Assembly (NCBI RefSeq): GCF_050299635.1
Contig: NZ_JBNKWF010000001.1
Location: forward strand, 9,485 to 73,484
DNA from: Altererythrobacter sp.
Lineage (GTDB): Bacteria > Pseudomonadota > Alphaproteobacteria > Sphingomonadales > Sphingomonadaceae
Direction of reading: 5' to 3'
Length of the DNA stretch: 64,000 nucleotides
The position numbers were made by a program, and so were the translations under genes. Below the pieces are notes generated by a model. The model was not told the DNA's origin and ran no database searches. It saw nothing but the letters and a program-made list of their open reading frames with translations. Positions 29,247-40,630 of this stretch are shown here, piece after piece. Within the stretch, counting starts at the first letter, position 1. The number at the start of each line of letters is the position of its first letter.

Positions 29247-29840
29247 CTATTTCTGTTGCTTGAGATAGTCGATGATTTCCTGGCGCTTCGCAGCATCCTT
29301 GAGGCCAGGGAAACTCATACGATTGCCCGGTACCAGCTTGCGCGGGTTCTCCAGCCATTGATGGAGAGTAGCCTCATCCATTGTCAGGCCAGCGCCCTTG
29401 AACGCTTCGGAGTAGGAAAAGCTGCCTTCCGCGGCGGGCTTGCCATAAACACCGAACAGGTTCGGCCCCAGCTTGTCTTCGCCGCCCTTGTTGGCGGTGT
29501 GACAGAGGGCGCAGCGCTGCGTGAAGATCTTCGGAGGCTCGTTGGCCGCAATCTTGGGCTCTTCTGCGGGGGCCACGGTTGGAGTTGCGGTTGGCGTGGG
29601 AGTTGGGGTGGGCTCAGGCTCAGCCGCTTTTTCCTCGGTCGCCGCCTCTTCGGGAGCTTTCTCGGCCTCTTTTGCCGCATCTGCCGCATCGTCAGTTGCA
29701 GGTTCCACTGCGGCTTCATCAGTTGCGACAGTTTCCGCCGTTGCATCCTGAGCCGCAGTTGTTTCCTCTTCGCTACCGCCTGAACAGGCCGCCAGCGCAA
29801 GGGTCAGGGCCGTACCAGCAAGAATTGTGCGTAACCTCAT
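29247..29840 (-). CDS. Lipoprotein-anchored class I cytochrome c with low-complexity A/E/T/P linker
   Basis: Lipobox LALAAC, a linker of about 90 aa rich in Ala/Glu/Thr/Pro, and a C-terminal cytochrome c domain with CALCHT and a downstream Met (PGNRMSFPG). Confidence 0.85.
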   Translation of the reverse strand: MRLRTILAGTALTLALAACSGGSEEETTAAQDATAETVATDEAAVEPATDDAADAAKEAEKAPEEAATEEKAAEPEPTPTPTPTATPTVAPAEEPKIAANEPPKIFTQRCALCHTANKGGEDKLGPNLFGVYGKPAAEGSFSYSEAFKGAGLTMDEATLHQWLENPRKLVPGNRMSFPGLKDAAKRQEIIDYLKQQK

Positions 29841-30020
29841 GATTCATGCTCCCAAGGATTCGATCTATCACTTTTATTGTGGATCGCACCTGACGCCGCA
29901 AGTGAACATTGCACCTTCGTCCAAGCAGCAGTTCTGGCAGAGCCCATCCTGCAAAAGTGCAATGGCGGATCATCTGGCATTGGCTAGTTACGAGCGCAAA
30001 CATGACATGGGAGACCTTCG

Positions 30021-31931
<1,911 letters not shown>

Positions 31932-31947
31932 TCGCTGAGGTATAGGT

Positions 31948-32622
31948 CTATTCCTTGTGCGTTTCGCTATCGGAGCGTGCGGCTGCGAGCAGGTCCACGA
32001 CCTCGTTGTCGCTCGTCTGGCTGAAATCGCGGTAATGCGCACCGACAGCGTAGAAGGGTTCCGGCATTGCCAGACAGACGATGTCGTCGCACCATTGCCT
32101 CAGTTCGGCAATCGCTGAGCGGGGGGCGACCGGCACCGCCAGGATAACCCGTGATACGCCTGTCTTGCGGAGTGCTTTCAAGGCGGCCTTCACCGTGCCG
32201 CCGGTCGCTATCCCGTCATCCACGACGATCGCGGTCCGGTATTCGAGAGGAATGGCGAGACCTGATCCATAGGCGGTCCTGCGCCGCTCGATCTCTGCCA
32301 GCTGGCGCTGGACTTCGCGATCAATGTAGTCGGGGCTGGCGCCCACCATTCGCACGATCTCGTCGTCCAGCACCACTTGCGGCGAAGCGCCATCGACGAT
32401 TGCCCCGATGCCGTATTCCTCGTGGCCAGGAGCCCCGAGTTTGCGAACCAGAATGATGTCGAGCGGTGCATCGAGCGCTGTCGCAACTTCATATCCGATT
32501 GGCACGCCGCCACGCGGCAAGGCCAGGATCACCGGGTTCGCATTCTTGAATTCGGCCAGAGCAACTGCGAGCGATCGCCCGGCTTCGCGCCGGTCGGAAA
32601 ATTGCACTTGTCGAAGCATCAT
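31948..32622 (-). CDS. Phosphoribosyltransferase-family protein
   Basis: PRPP-binding loop AIVVDDGIATGGT. The start is placed at MMLRQVQF; the ORF track extends to 32655. Confidence 0.75.
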   Translation of the reverse strand: MMLRQVQFSDRREAGRSLAVALAEFKNANPVILALPRGGVPIGYEVATALDAPLDIILVRKLGAPGHEEYGIGAIVDGASPQVVLDDEIVRMVGASPDYIDREVQRQLAEIERRRTAYGSGLAIPLEYRTAIVVDDGIATGGTVKAALKALRKTGVSRVILAVPVAPRSAIAELRQWCDDIVCLAMPEPFYAVGAHYRDFSQTSDNEVVDLLAAARSDSETHKE

Positions 32623-32732
32623 GGCGCTACCTCCCGCAGGCGATCGAGGAGCCATTCGCGCACCAGCTTGTAACGATGACTACGCCCCAGCTGGCAAGCA
32701 TATCACGCTTTTTCGAAGTTAGGCCGCTCGGC

Positions 32733-34085
32733 CTAGTTTGAAAAGGCTGCAGCCAATGCTTCATAGCCCGGCCAAAGCGGTGGTTCTGCTCCACCGCCTC
32801 CGAAACAACGCGCAATAACCGCTTCGCGCCCTTGCGAGAGCACCAGTCCGGCCAATTCATCGCCATGCGGATCGTCGATGAAGCGCCCGTCTTCCAGGTG
32901 CCACAGCCAGGCATCGAACGCTTCGCCAATCGCCGATGCTTCCTGCCCTTCGTTCATACGCGCCAGCGCCGTGTCGAGCCAGCGCTGCGGAATCTTCTGC
33001 GTCCCGTCCATGGCAATCTGGCTCAACCGATGGCGCAGTGCCGGATCGGCGAAACGTTCCAGCAAACGGCCAGCATAGGCACCCAAATCCTGATCGGGAG
33101 CGGGCGCGATAGTGGGCGCTGCCTCCTCGCGCATCACTTTCTCGGCAAGCGCGCCGATCTCCGCATCCGCCACGGCTTCGTGAACGAACTCATAGCCTGA
33201 CCTCAGCCCACAATAGGCCAGCAGCGAATGCGCTCCGTTGAGCATCCGCAGCTTGGCCGTCTCGTATGGGGCAACATCGCTGACCAATTGCGCCCCATGC
33301 GCCTCCCAAGCCGGACGTGGGCCCGCGAAGTTGTCCTCGATCACCCATTGGCTGAAGCGTTCTGTGAAGACCGCACCGCGATCTTCCATTCCCAGCTGCG
33401 TCTCTAGGGCGTTTAGGTCCCCTTCAGTGCTGCGCGGAACGATCCGGTCGATCATGGATGAAGGCGTGGTGCATTCGCTCTCGAACCAGTCGAGGAGTTG
33501 CGGCGCTTCGACTGACAGCCATTCGCGCATCAGCGCGCCCAGCACCCGTCCGTTATCGGCAAGATTGTCGCACGGCAGCAAGGTGATACCTGCCAGCCCG
33601 CGCTCGCGCCGCCGCTCAAGCCCGGTGGCAAGCAGGGGATAGAAGCTCGCGCGCGCCTTTCCCAAATCGAGGCCGGTTTCGCCACGGGCATAGCCCTTCT
33701 CCGTCACGGTAAAGCTGACGATGTGGCAATCGGGTGAAGCGATCCTCTCTATCACTTCCTCTCCCTGCTCCGGCGCGAACAGCACTTCGCGCACGGCGCC
33801 GATCAGCTTGGTGCAAGCGGTATCTCCACTCCGTTCGGTCAGCGTGTAGAGCCCATCTTGCGGATTGAGCTGGTCCGGGACCGATTGCGAACGCATGGAA
33901 ACGCCAGTGATTGCCCAATCGCTTTCACCCGCATCCATCGCGAGATCGGTGTACCAGGCCTGATGCGCGCGGTGAAAAGCGCCAAGCCCGAAATGGACGA
34001 TGCCGGTCTTTTGCGCACTCCGGTCATACGATGGGCGGGCAATGTCGGCGGGCAGCTGGCTTGCCGTTTCGGAAGAGAGCCTCAC
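32733..34085 (-). CDS. Mannitol dehydrogenase-family oxidoreductase (fructuronate/tagaturonate reductase type)
   Basis: N-terminal dinucleotide motif IVHFGLGAFHRAHQAWY. The GTG start overlaps the uxaC stop (GTGA). Hexuronate gene context. Confidence 0.8.
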   Translation of the reverse strand: MRLSSETASQLPADIARPSYDRSAQKTGIVHFGLGAFHRAHQAWYTDLAMDAGESDWAITGVSMRSQSVPDQLNPQDGLYTLTERSGDTACTKLIGAVREVLFAPEQGEEVIERIASPDCHIVSFTVTEKGYARGETGLDLGKARASFYPLLATGLERRRERGLAGITLLPCDNLADNGRVLGALMREWLSVEAPQLLDWFESECTTPSSMIDRIVPRSTEGDLNALETQLGMEDRGAVFTERFSQWVIEDNFAGPRPAWEAHGAQLVSDVAPYETAKLRMLNGAHSLLAYCGLRSGYEFVHEAVADAEIGALAEKVMREEAAPTIAPAPDQDLGAYAGRLLERFADPALRHRLSQIAMDGTQKIPQRWLDTALARMNEGQEASAIGEAFDAWLWHLEDGRFIDDPHGDELAGLVLSQGREAVIARCFGGGGAEPPLWPGYEALAAAFSN

Positions 34086-35497
34086 AGGCGGTATGCCTTC
34101 TTGACCAGATTGTAGGCCAGATCTTGTGCGACTTCCGCCGCTTCCCAGTCTTCCAGCCGGTGCTCGGCCACCAGTTGCGCCAGAAAACCGCAGTCCACGC
34201 GCCGCGCGACATCGTGCCGTGCCGGGATCGACAGGAATGCGCGTGTATCGTCGTTGAAGCCGACGGTGTTGTAGAAGCCCGCCGTTTCCGTCGTCATCAG
34301 GCGGAAGCGGCGCATGCCTTCGGGGCTATCATGGAACCACCAGGCGGGGCCGAGCTTCAGGCAGGGATAGTGCCCAGCCAGCGGAGCAAGTTCGCGCGCA
34401 TAGCTGCTCTCGTCCAGCGTGAAGAGGATGATCGAGAGATCCGCCTCATTGCCATAGCGGTCGAGCAGCGGTTTCAACGCATGGACATAGTCTGTGCGCA
34501 TGGGAATATCCGCACCCTTGTCGCGCCCGAAACGTTCGAACAATTGCTGATTGTGGTTGCGGAACGATCCCGGGTGGATCTGCATCACCAGCCCGTCATC
34601 AAGGCTCATGCCCGCCATTTCGGTGAGCATTTGCGCGCGGAACAGTTCGGCATCTTCAGCGCTGGCAGCGCCGGTTTTCACCCGGTCGAACAGAGCTTCC
34701 GCTTCACCGGCGGTCAAGTTGGCGGTTGCCGCAGTGGGGTGCCCGTGGTCAGTCGAAGTCGCGCCCATTTCCGCGAAGAAAGCGCGCCGCTTGCGATGCG
34801 CGGCGAGGTAGCCGCTCCAGCTCTGGCAGTCCTCGCCGGTCAGTTGGGAAAATTGTGCAAGATTGTCCGCGAAGCCCTCGAACTCGGGATCCACGACCAG
34901 GTCGGGTCGGTAGGCGGTGACGACCCTTCCCTGCCACCCGCTCTCTTGAATAGTGCGATGGTGTTCGAGCGTGTCGAGCGGACTTTCCGTCGTCGCCAGC
35001 AGTTCGATTCCATAGCGTTCGAACAGAGCGCGGGGCCTGAAGTCCTTGCGCTGCAGCATCTCGGTAATGGTGTCGAAATAATAGTCGCTGGTTTCGGCCT
35101 CCAGCCGAACGTCGATCGCAAATGCCTCGGCAAAAACCCAATCGAGCCACATTCGCGAAGGCGTGCCGCGAAACAGGTGATAGTTCTCTGCCAGAACACG
35201 CCAGGCCGCACGCGGATCGGCAGGGTGACCGCCAATCCCCAGCCCTTCCAGCCGCACGCCCTGCGAATAGAGCATACGAAACAGGTAGTGGTCAGGCACC
35301 AGCAGCAGTTCGGCCGCATTGCCGAACGGATCATCCTTGGCGAACCATTCCGGATCTGTGTGGCCGTGGGGGCTAATGATCGGGAGCCCGGCGACTGAAC
35401 GATACAGATCGCGAGCAATGTCGCGCGTTTTGGGATCGGCCGGCAGCAGCCGGTCGGGGTTCAGAATAAGGCGCCTTGGCATCTTGCTCGCTTTCAA
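34082..35497 (-). CDS. uxaC: Glucuronate isomerase
   Basis: 471 aa with a UxaC-like N-terminus (IARDLY ... PIISPHGH) and length. It neighbours kdgK and a mannonate-type reductase. The start could be 35482. Confidence 0.9.
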   Translation of the reverse strand: MKASKMPRRLILNPDRLLPADPKTRDIARDLYRSVAGLPIISPHGHTDPEWFAKDDPFGNAAELLLVPDHYLFRMLYSQGVRLEGLGIGGHPADPRAAWRVLAENYHLFRGTPSRMWLDWVFAEAFAIDVRLEAETSDYYFDTITEMLQRKDFRPRALFERYGIELLATTESPLDTLEHHRTIQESGWQGRVVTAYRPDLVVDPEFEGFADNLAQFSQLTGEDCQSWSGYLAAHRKRRAFFAEMGATSTDHGHPTAATANLTAGEAEALFDRVKTGAASAEDAELFRAQMLTEMAGMSLDDGLVMQIHPGSFRNHNQQLFERFGRDKGADIPMRTDYVHALKPLLDRYGNEADLSIILFTLDESSYARELAPLAGHYPCLKLGPAWWFHDSPEGMRRFRLMTTETAGFYNTVGFNDDTRAFLSIPARHDVARRVDCGFLAQLVAEHRLEDWEAAEVAQDLAYNLVKKAYRL

Positions 35498-35544
35498 ATT
35501 CTCATGGCCGTGGGGAGGCTATCCACTACCCGCATTGCTGCTCA

Positions 35545-35555
35545 ATGTAGTACAT
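35545..35555. promoter_or_regulatory. Short palindrome ATGTA-G-TACAT upstream of uxaC (candidate LacI-family operator core)
   Basis: Perfect 5-1-5 palindrome about 50 nt upstream of the uxaC ATG. Confidence 0.2.
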
Positions 35556-35794
35556 AGTAACCGGTGTCATTCATGAAAATCGCACGGTTGCGGCCGCAAA
35601 TCAACCTCTCTGAAAAGTGCCATCGCACAAGGACGAGATGGATCCATTTCAAGCCCGTTTCCGCCTCCAAAGCGGCTTGGGTATGCCACGAGGCTGACAG
35701 CGTCGCGATATTACCCGCCGATCATCCAAAGGCTGCGCGATTGACCCGCTTGGCGAACGGATCTGCCATGACGAAGTGTACTTTGGCCGCTCCG

Positions 35795-36805
35795 TCAGCG
35801 ACGGACATCCAGCCCGCCAGCCATGAAGGCGTCGATATCGGCCTGGCCAAACAGGCTCGCATCGCCGGGCAGTGAATGCTTGAGACAGGTCAGCGCCAAA
35901 CCGCTTTCCGCCATCGCCTTGGCATCGCCCCCATTCAGCCAGCCATGGAGCACGCCGGCTGCAAAGGCGTCGCCCGCTCCGATCCGGTCGACAATACCCG
36001 TTACCTCCACATCGGCAGTCTGATGAGAATCGCCGGGACAATCGACGCGTGCGGCGATCCTGTGATGATTGGCAGTCAGTACGTGGCGCGCCGTGGAAGC
36101 GATCAACTTGAGCGAAGGGAAAGCAGCAAAGCCCGCCTCTGCAGCTTCGCGGCGGCGATCTTCGCCATCGCCAGAGAAATCCCGGCCTAACACCAGGGAG
36201 AGATCGCGGTGGTTGCCGAACAATATGTCGGCGCTCCCGATCAGCTCGGACAGGATCGTCTTGGGGTCGCTGTCCCACGCTTCCCACAGCATAGCGCGGT
36301 AATTGCCGTCAAAGGATACCGGCACGCCCAGACGCTTCGCTGCACGCGCCGCCGCCAGAGTGTGGTCTGCCATGCCCGGCCCCAATGCAGGCGTGATGCC
36401 GGATAGATGCAGCAGTCCTGTTCCATCCAGCAGCGAGTCCCAGTCAAAGGCATCAGCTGCGCATTCGGCAAATGACGAACCGGCGCGATCGTAGACAATC
36501 TGCGATGCGCGCAGCCCCGCGCCGACTTCAAGGAAATAGAGCCCCATCCGGCCCGGCGCGAGGTCTACGTCCGAACAATCAACCCCATGCGACCGGACCG
36601 AGGCCAGGGCCCCGCGTCCAAGCGCATTGTCGGGCAGGCGGCTCACCATGCGGCAGGAATGGCCGAGATGCGCCAGACCGATTGCGACATTGGCTTCCGC
36701 GCCGCCGACGTGCAGATTCAACCGCGGCTCCTGCATCAGTAGGCTGTTGCCCGGTGCAGTCAGCCGCAGCAGTAACTCTCCGAAAAAGACGATAGGCTTG
36801 TTCAT
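35795..36805 (-). CDS. kdgK: 2-dehydro-3-deoxygluconokinase (PfkB family)
   Basis: PfkB sugar-kinase motifs (GGAEANVAIGLA and DRIGAGDAFAAG). 336 aa. Hexuronate context. Confidence 0.85.
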   Translation of the reverse strand: MNKPIVFFGELLLRLTAPGNSLLMQEPRLNLHVGGAEANVAIGLAHLGHSCRMVSRLPDNALGRGALASVRSHGVDCSDVDLAPGRMGLYFLEVGAGLRASQIVYDRAGSSFAECAADAFDWDSLLDGTGLLHLSGITPALGPGMADHTLAAARAAKRLGVPVSFDGNYRAMLWEAWDSDPKTILSELIGSADILFGNHRDLSLVLGRDFSGDGEDRRREAAEAGFAAFPSLKLIASTARHVLTANHHRIAARVDCPGDSHQTADVEVTGIVDRIGAGDAFAAGVLHGWLNGGDAKAMAESGLALTCLKHSLPGDASLFGQADIDAFMAGGLDVRR

Positions 36806-36814
36806 GCGGCGGGC

Positions 36815-36907
36815 TTACCGCGCCAGCCAGCCGCCGTCGACTGCAAGAATATGCCCCTGCACATAATCGGCAGCCTCGCTGTCCATTGTGATCGGCGCAA
36901 TCTTCAT
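36815..36907 (-). pseudogene. C-terminal remnant of an SDR gene (KduD-like)
   Basis: Hand translation gives MKIAPITMDSEAADYVQGHILAVDGGWLAR*. The ending AVDGGWLAR is the typical SDR/KduD C-terminus. Only about 175 nt exist between the lacI stop and the kdgK start, so roughly 220 codons are missing. Confidence 0.55.
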
Positions 36908-36980
36908 TGGCCCACTTTGCGGCTCGAGCAGTGCCGATTTTCGGATACTCCTAAACGCGTGCTGGAACTGACCAGAAATT

Positions 36981-38006
36981 TCAAATGTCGCTGCGCGGCG
37001 GTGCGACCGAGTCCCTCAGCACCAGCCGGGACGGAAACTCACAAGGTCTTGCTCCCTCGTCATTCGGCGCAACCAGTTTGATCGCGGCTGCCTTCGCCAT
37101 TTGGCGGATCGGCCAGCCCACGGTCGTCATCGGCGGCCAGATATGAGCCGCAATCGGCGAATCGTCGAAGCCGATCAGCGAAAGATCCTCGGGCACACTC
37201 AGTTTCCTGCGCCTGGCGGCATGAAGCGCACCGGCTGCCATTTCGTCATTGCAGGCAAAGATCGCCGTTGGCCGCGGCGCGACATCGAGCAAATGGTTGC
37301 CGGCTGCGATTCCCGAATCGAAACGATAGGTGCCTTGCGCCATCGCTTTCGGCGGGACTTCCAATCCGTGCCGCTTCATCGCCGCAAGAAAACCTTCACG
37401 CCTTTCGTGCGCGGAACGAAATCCCTCAGGCCCTTCGATAATCGCTATGCGCCGGTGTCCGATCTCGACCAGATAGTCGACCGCACGCTCCACGGATTCG
37501 CGATCATTCGATTCGACCAGATGCTCTGGGGCATCCAGTTCTGCCGAACCCATTCGCACATAGCCGCAGTTCAATTCCCGGCAGATCTTCGCGATCTCGT
37601 CGTTCTCGGAAATCGGCGGCAGGATCATGACGCCGTAGAGCCGCTGTTTCTCGAGGAAGTCACGAATGTCCGCCAGCATATCCGGCGAATGGCGATCGAC
37701 CGGCCGCACCACCAGCGCAAACTCGGTGTTACGGATAGCGTCGAGAACGCCTTCCTGAAAATTGAGCACGGTCTGCGCATTGGGGTTGTCGTGAAGCAGG
37801 CCAAGCAGGAAGTTGCGCCGCAAAGCCAGCGCGCGCGCCTGGGGATTGGGGACATATCCAAGCTCTGCGATGACCGCCTCGACCTTCTCGCGCGTATCCT
37901 TTTTCAGGAGCGCCGAACGGTTGATGACTCGGCTAACGGTCTTCTTGGAAACACCAGCAGCACGAGCAACATCGTTGATGGTCGGTGCCTTGTTTTTTTC
38001 GGCCAT
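36981..38006 (-). CDS. LacI-family transcriptional regulator
   Basis: N-terminal HTH TINDVARAAGVSKKTVSRVIN plus a periplasmic-binding-like sugar domain. The start is placed at MAEKNK. Confidence 0.9.
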   Translation of the reverse strand: MAEKNKAPTINDVARAAGVSKKTVSRVINRSALLKKDTREKVEAVIAELGYVPNPQARALALRRNFLLGLLHDNPNAQTVLNFQEGVLDAIRNTEFALVVRPVDRHSPDMLADIRDFLEKQRLYGVMILPPISENDEIAKICRELNCGYVRMGSAELDAPEHLVESNDRESVERAVDYLVEIGHRRIAIIEGPEGFRSAHERREGFLAAMKRHGLEVPPKAMAQGTYRFDSGIAAGNHLLDVAPRPTAIFACNDEMAAGALHAARRRKLSVPEDLSLIGFDDSPIAAHIWPPMTTVGWPIRQMAKAAAIKLVAPNDEGARPCEFPSRLVLRDSVAPPRSDI

Positions 38007-38069
38007 GCAGACGCGTCCATCCCTCAATTCGGAAGCTCCTGCTTCCAGTCTATGGCGTGCCCCACATTG

Positions 38070-39386
38070 TCAGCGTTGCCCGCGGGTGATCGACAAGAGA
38101 ATCAAGCCCGACGACGCGGCCAAGACACAAAGAAGCGCAAACAGTCCCTCAAAACCAAATACAGGGACCAGCAGCAATGTGAGCCCGGGCATGATCATCG
38201 ACGGGATCGTATTGGTCAAATTGAAGAAGCCCAGATCGCGCGCCCTCGTTTTCGGGTTTGGCAGGACGCGCAATGTCTGCGCAGCATGAAGCGAGAGGAA
38301 GACCGTCGCGGCCAATCCGAACAGAACATACCCCACGATTGCGATGACAAGGCCAGGTGCCATCGCCATCACAGCAAGTCCGCCTGCCGCAATTGCGGCG
38401 CAAATGACGAGCGGCATGATCGGCCTGTCCCTCCGGTCGGCCCAGCGCCCCGTCAGCATCGCCAGAGGGATCGCAAGCACCAGCATGATGCTGAAGATTC
38501 GCGCCGTGTCATTGTCGGCTATCGAAGGGGAGATCGATCGGAACCAGAGCAGGAGATAGGCAAACAGCGCCGACTCCGCGACCTGCAGCAGCAGTCTCGC
38601 AATCCACATGCGGCCCACTGCGTGGTGCGGCGCGGATTGAGAGGCGGCGGTATCGAAACGCGAATCCCGTTCTTGCATCAACTCGGGAAAAGGCCTCGGA
38701 TTGCCGAACAGCATGACTGGAAGGACACAGGCCGCCACAAACAGCGCCACCAGCCATATCCGCTCGTCTCCACTCGCAAGTCCGGGCACCGTTACCAGCG
38801 CTCCTGACAAGGCCCCGATCGCCGGAGCAAAGGCGAGGGATCCGCCCAGCGTGCCCTTTTGCCTGTCCGGAATGCAATCGCCCGCCCATGCGGCAAGCGG
38901 AGCAAGCATCATATTGATTGCGCACTGCCAGGCGACAATCATCGCCAACATCTGGCCCAGCGTTTCGGTCAAAGTTGCTGTCAGAAGCAAAGCGCAAGAC
39001 AGGGCCAGCCCCGCCATGATCCAACCACGACGATTGCGAGTCACATCGCTCAACCAGCCGAAGAGGATATTGGCAAGGCTGGCGGAAATTGCGCCGGCGA
39101 AAGCGATATAGGCAAGCCAGCGAACCGCTTCGTCTCCAGCCAGATCGGCGACTCGCGCAGGCAGAAGGATCGTCAGGAACGGGACATAGCTGATCGATCC
39201 GCCGGCCCATGCAAGGGCATAGAGCAGCATGAAACGTCCACTTTGCCTGGCTACCGGTCCGGATGCTTCCACCGGCCTATGCCTCAATGTTTCCGAATGA
39301 CGGGCGCCGGACCGGCCAAGTTGGGCCGGCCATGATTTTGACCGCTTGCCGCAGTATTGCCATCGCCCAGCCATCCCCTTGATCAC
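38070..39386 (-). CDS. MFS transporter (possible hexuronate/sugar-acid transporter)
   Basis: About 12 predicted TM helices. Adjacent to the hexuronate genes. The true start is probably internal (for example M at 39230). Confidence 0.7.
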   Translation of the reverse strand: MIKGMAGRWQYCGKRSKSWPAQLGRSGARHSETLRHRPVEASGPVARQSGRFMLLYALAWAGGSISYVPFLTILLPARVADLAGDEAVRWLAYIAFAGAISASLANILFGWLSDVTRNRRGWIMAGLALSCALLLTATLTETLGQMLAMIVAWQCAINMMLAPLAAWAGDCIPDRQKGTLGGSLAFAPAIGALSGALVTVPGLASGDERIWLVALFVAACVLPVMLFGNPRPFPELMQERDSRFDTAASQSAPHHAVGRMWIARLLLQVAESALFAYLLLWFRSISPSIADNDTARIFSIMLVLAIPLAMLTGRWADRRDRPIMPLVICAAIAAGGLAVMAMAPGLVIAIVGYVLFGLAATVFLSLHAAQTLRVLPNPKTRARDLGFFNLTNTIPSMIMPGLTLLLVPVFGFEGLFALLCVLAASSGLILLSITRGQR

Positions 39387-39509
39387 AAGGACATATCGCT
39401 AGCGCCTTCGGCTGTACATTGCCATATGCATGCCCATTCGATCCGCAGAGATCTCGGGAACGGCAGACGCGAATCTATGGCGGACGCAGCGATCGGGTTA
39501 GCGAAGGAT

Positions 39510-40595
39510 TCAGGGGCGAACGTTCGGCCAGCATTGGTGCGGTTCGCCCGTTTTCTCGGTGGGCCAGGTCAATTCATAGACCACCAAAAATCCGTCGTGA
39601 TCGGACAGAGCCGGGCTGCCGGGCCTGCCGTCGAACATCGCCTCGACCCGCACAGGCCGAACGGAAATGCGCTCCCCATCCGCGAAATATTGAAGGTCCT
39701 GCGTATCCATCCAGGGCTCGTCGCCATCCCAGGAAATCTGCACATCGCAAGTGGCATCGTGTTCAAGGCAATATTCGTGGACCAGGATCGTTCCGTCATC
39801 GGGCCTTGAGAAATCGAACCGAATGTCGCTGCCCCGCATATTGAAATCCCCGCCAGCAATAAACGGATTGCGAAGATCGCTGACGGATGATGCGAAGGCC
39901 CTCAGCTCAAGCGTCTGGAGCGCGTGAGCGGAGTTCTGCCGCTCGACACTGACCTTTGAGGCCCTTTGCGAGTTCATGTGGCTGGTCAGCAGTTCCACGG
40001 GATCAGGCAGGCCAGGCAGGGCGATGCGCGCGAAAAGGACGCCCTTGTTGCTAAGGCAGTCGATACCCGCGCAGGCATATTTGCTGAAAGGTTCCGACGC
40101 ATGGAACACGATCGGATACTCGCTTGCGATCGCCAGACCACCGCTCATGAGATGGATGCCCGCCTCCCCTTTGAACAGGTTTCGGCGGCCCTTGGTCTGC
40201 CCGGCGGGTTCAAGCTTGCGGGACTGCGTTCTTGACGGACCCACGGCGAGCGAAGGATAGGTGCTCCCGATTACCGCATCAATGGCAGCCTGGCTGAACA
40301 TCTCCTGGAAGAGGACGACATCGGGTGCGGTTCCGCTGGCGCGAATATCTGCAAGGGCCCGTTCGATCTGTTTAAGGGAAGGTGCGCGATTCTTGCGCGC
40401 TGGCCAGGGCAATCCTTCGATATTGTATGTTAGAACTGTCAGCGTTGTGCGCGCCTGCTTCCCGTCAGGCGAAACAGTGATCTCCGGCGTTTGAGATGTC
40501 GCGCAATCGGCACTGTATGGTTTGGGAAGGCTGGCGCACCCGGCCAGCAGGGGCAGCAACAGCAACTGCCGGAAATGGCCTGCACGCGCGCTCAT
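39510..40595 (-). CDS. Endonuclease/exonuclease/phosphatase (EEP) family lipoprotein, sphingomyelinase-like
   Basis: Lipobox LLAGCAS and EEP motifs (LTYNIEG, VVLFQEMF, GGDFNM, SDHDG). Confidence 0.8.
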   Translation of the reverse strand: MSARAGHFRQLLLLPLLAGCASLPKPYSADCATSQTPEITVSPDGKQARTTLTVLTYNIEGLPWPARKNRAPSLKQIERALADIRASGTAPDVVLFQEMFSQAAIDAVIGSTYPSLAVGPSRTQSRKLEPAGQTKGRRNLFKGEAGIHLMSGGLAIASEYPIVFHASEPFSKYACAGIDCLSNKGVLFARIALPGLPDPVELLTSHMNSQRASKVSVERQNSAHALQTLELRAFASSVSDLRNPFIAGGDFNMRGSDIRFDFSRPDDGTILVHEYCLEHDATCDVQISWDGDEPWMDTQDLQYFADGERISVRPVRVEAMFDGRPGSPALSDHDGFLVVYELTWPTEKTGEPHQCWPNVRP

Positions 40596-40630
40596 GTCCC
40601 GACATGCTCGAACGTGGGAACCATAATTGG

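Noticed and set aside
29521-29751. Repetitive GVGVGVG/AAS-rich ORFs and apparent DNA repetitiveness at 29.5-29.8 kb as a tandem repeat or CRISPR-like array.
   Set aside because: This is the antisense or alternate frame of the A/E/T/P-rich linker of the lipoprotein cytochrome c. There are no regularly spaced direct repeats with unique spacers.
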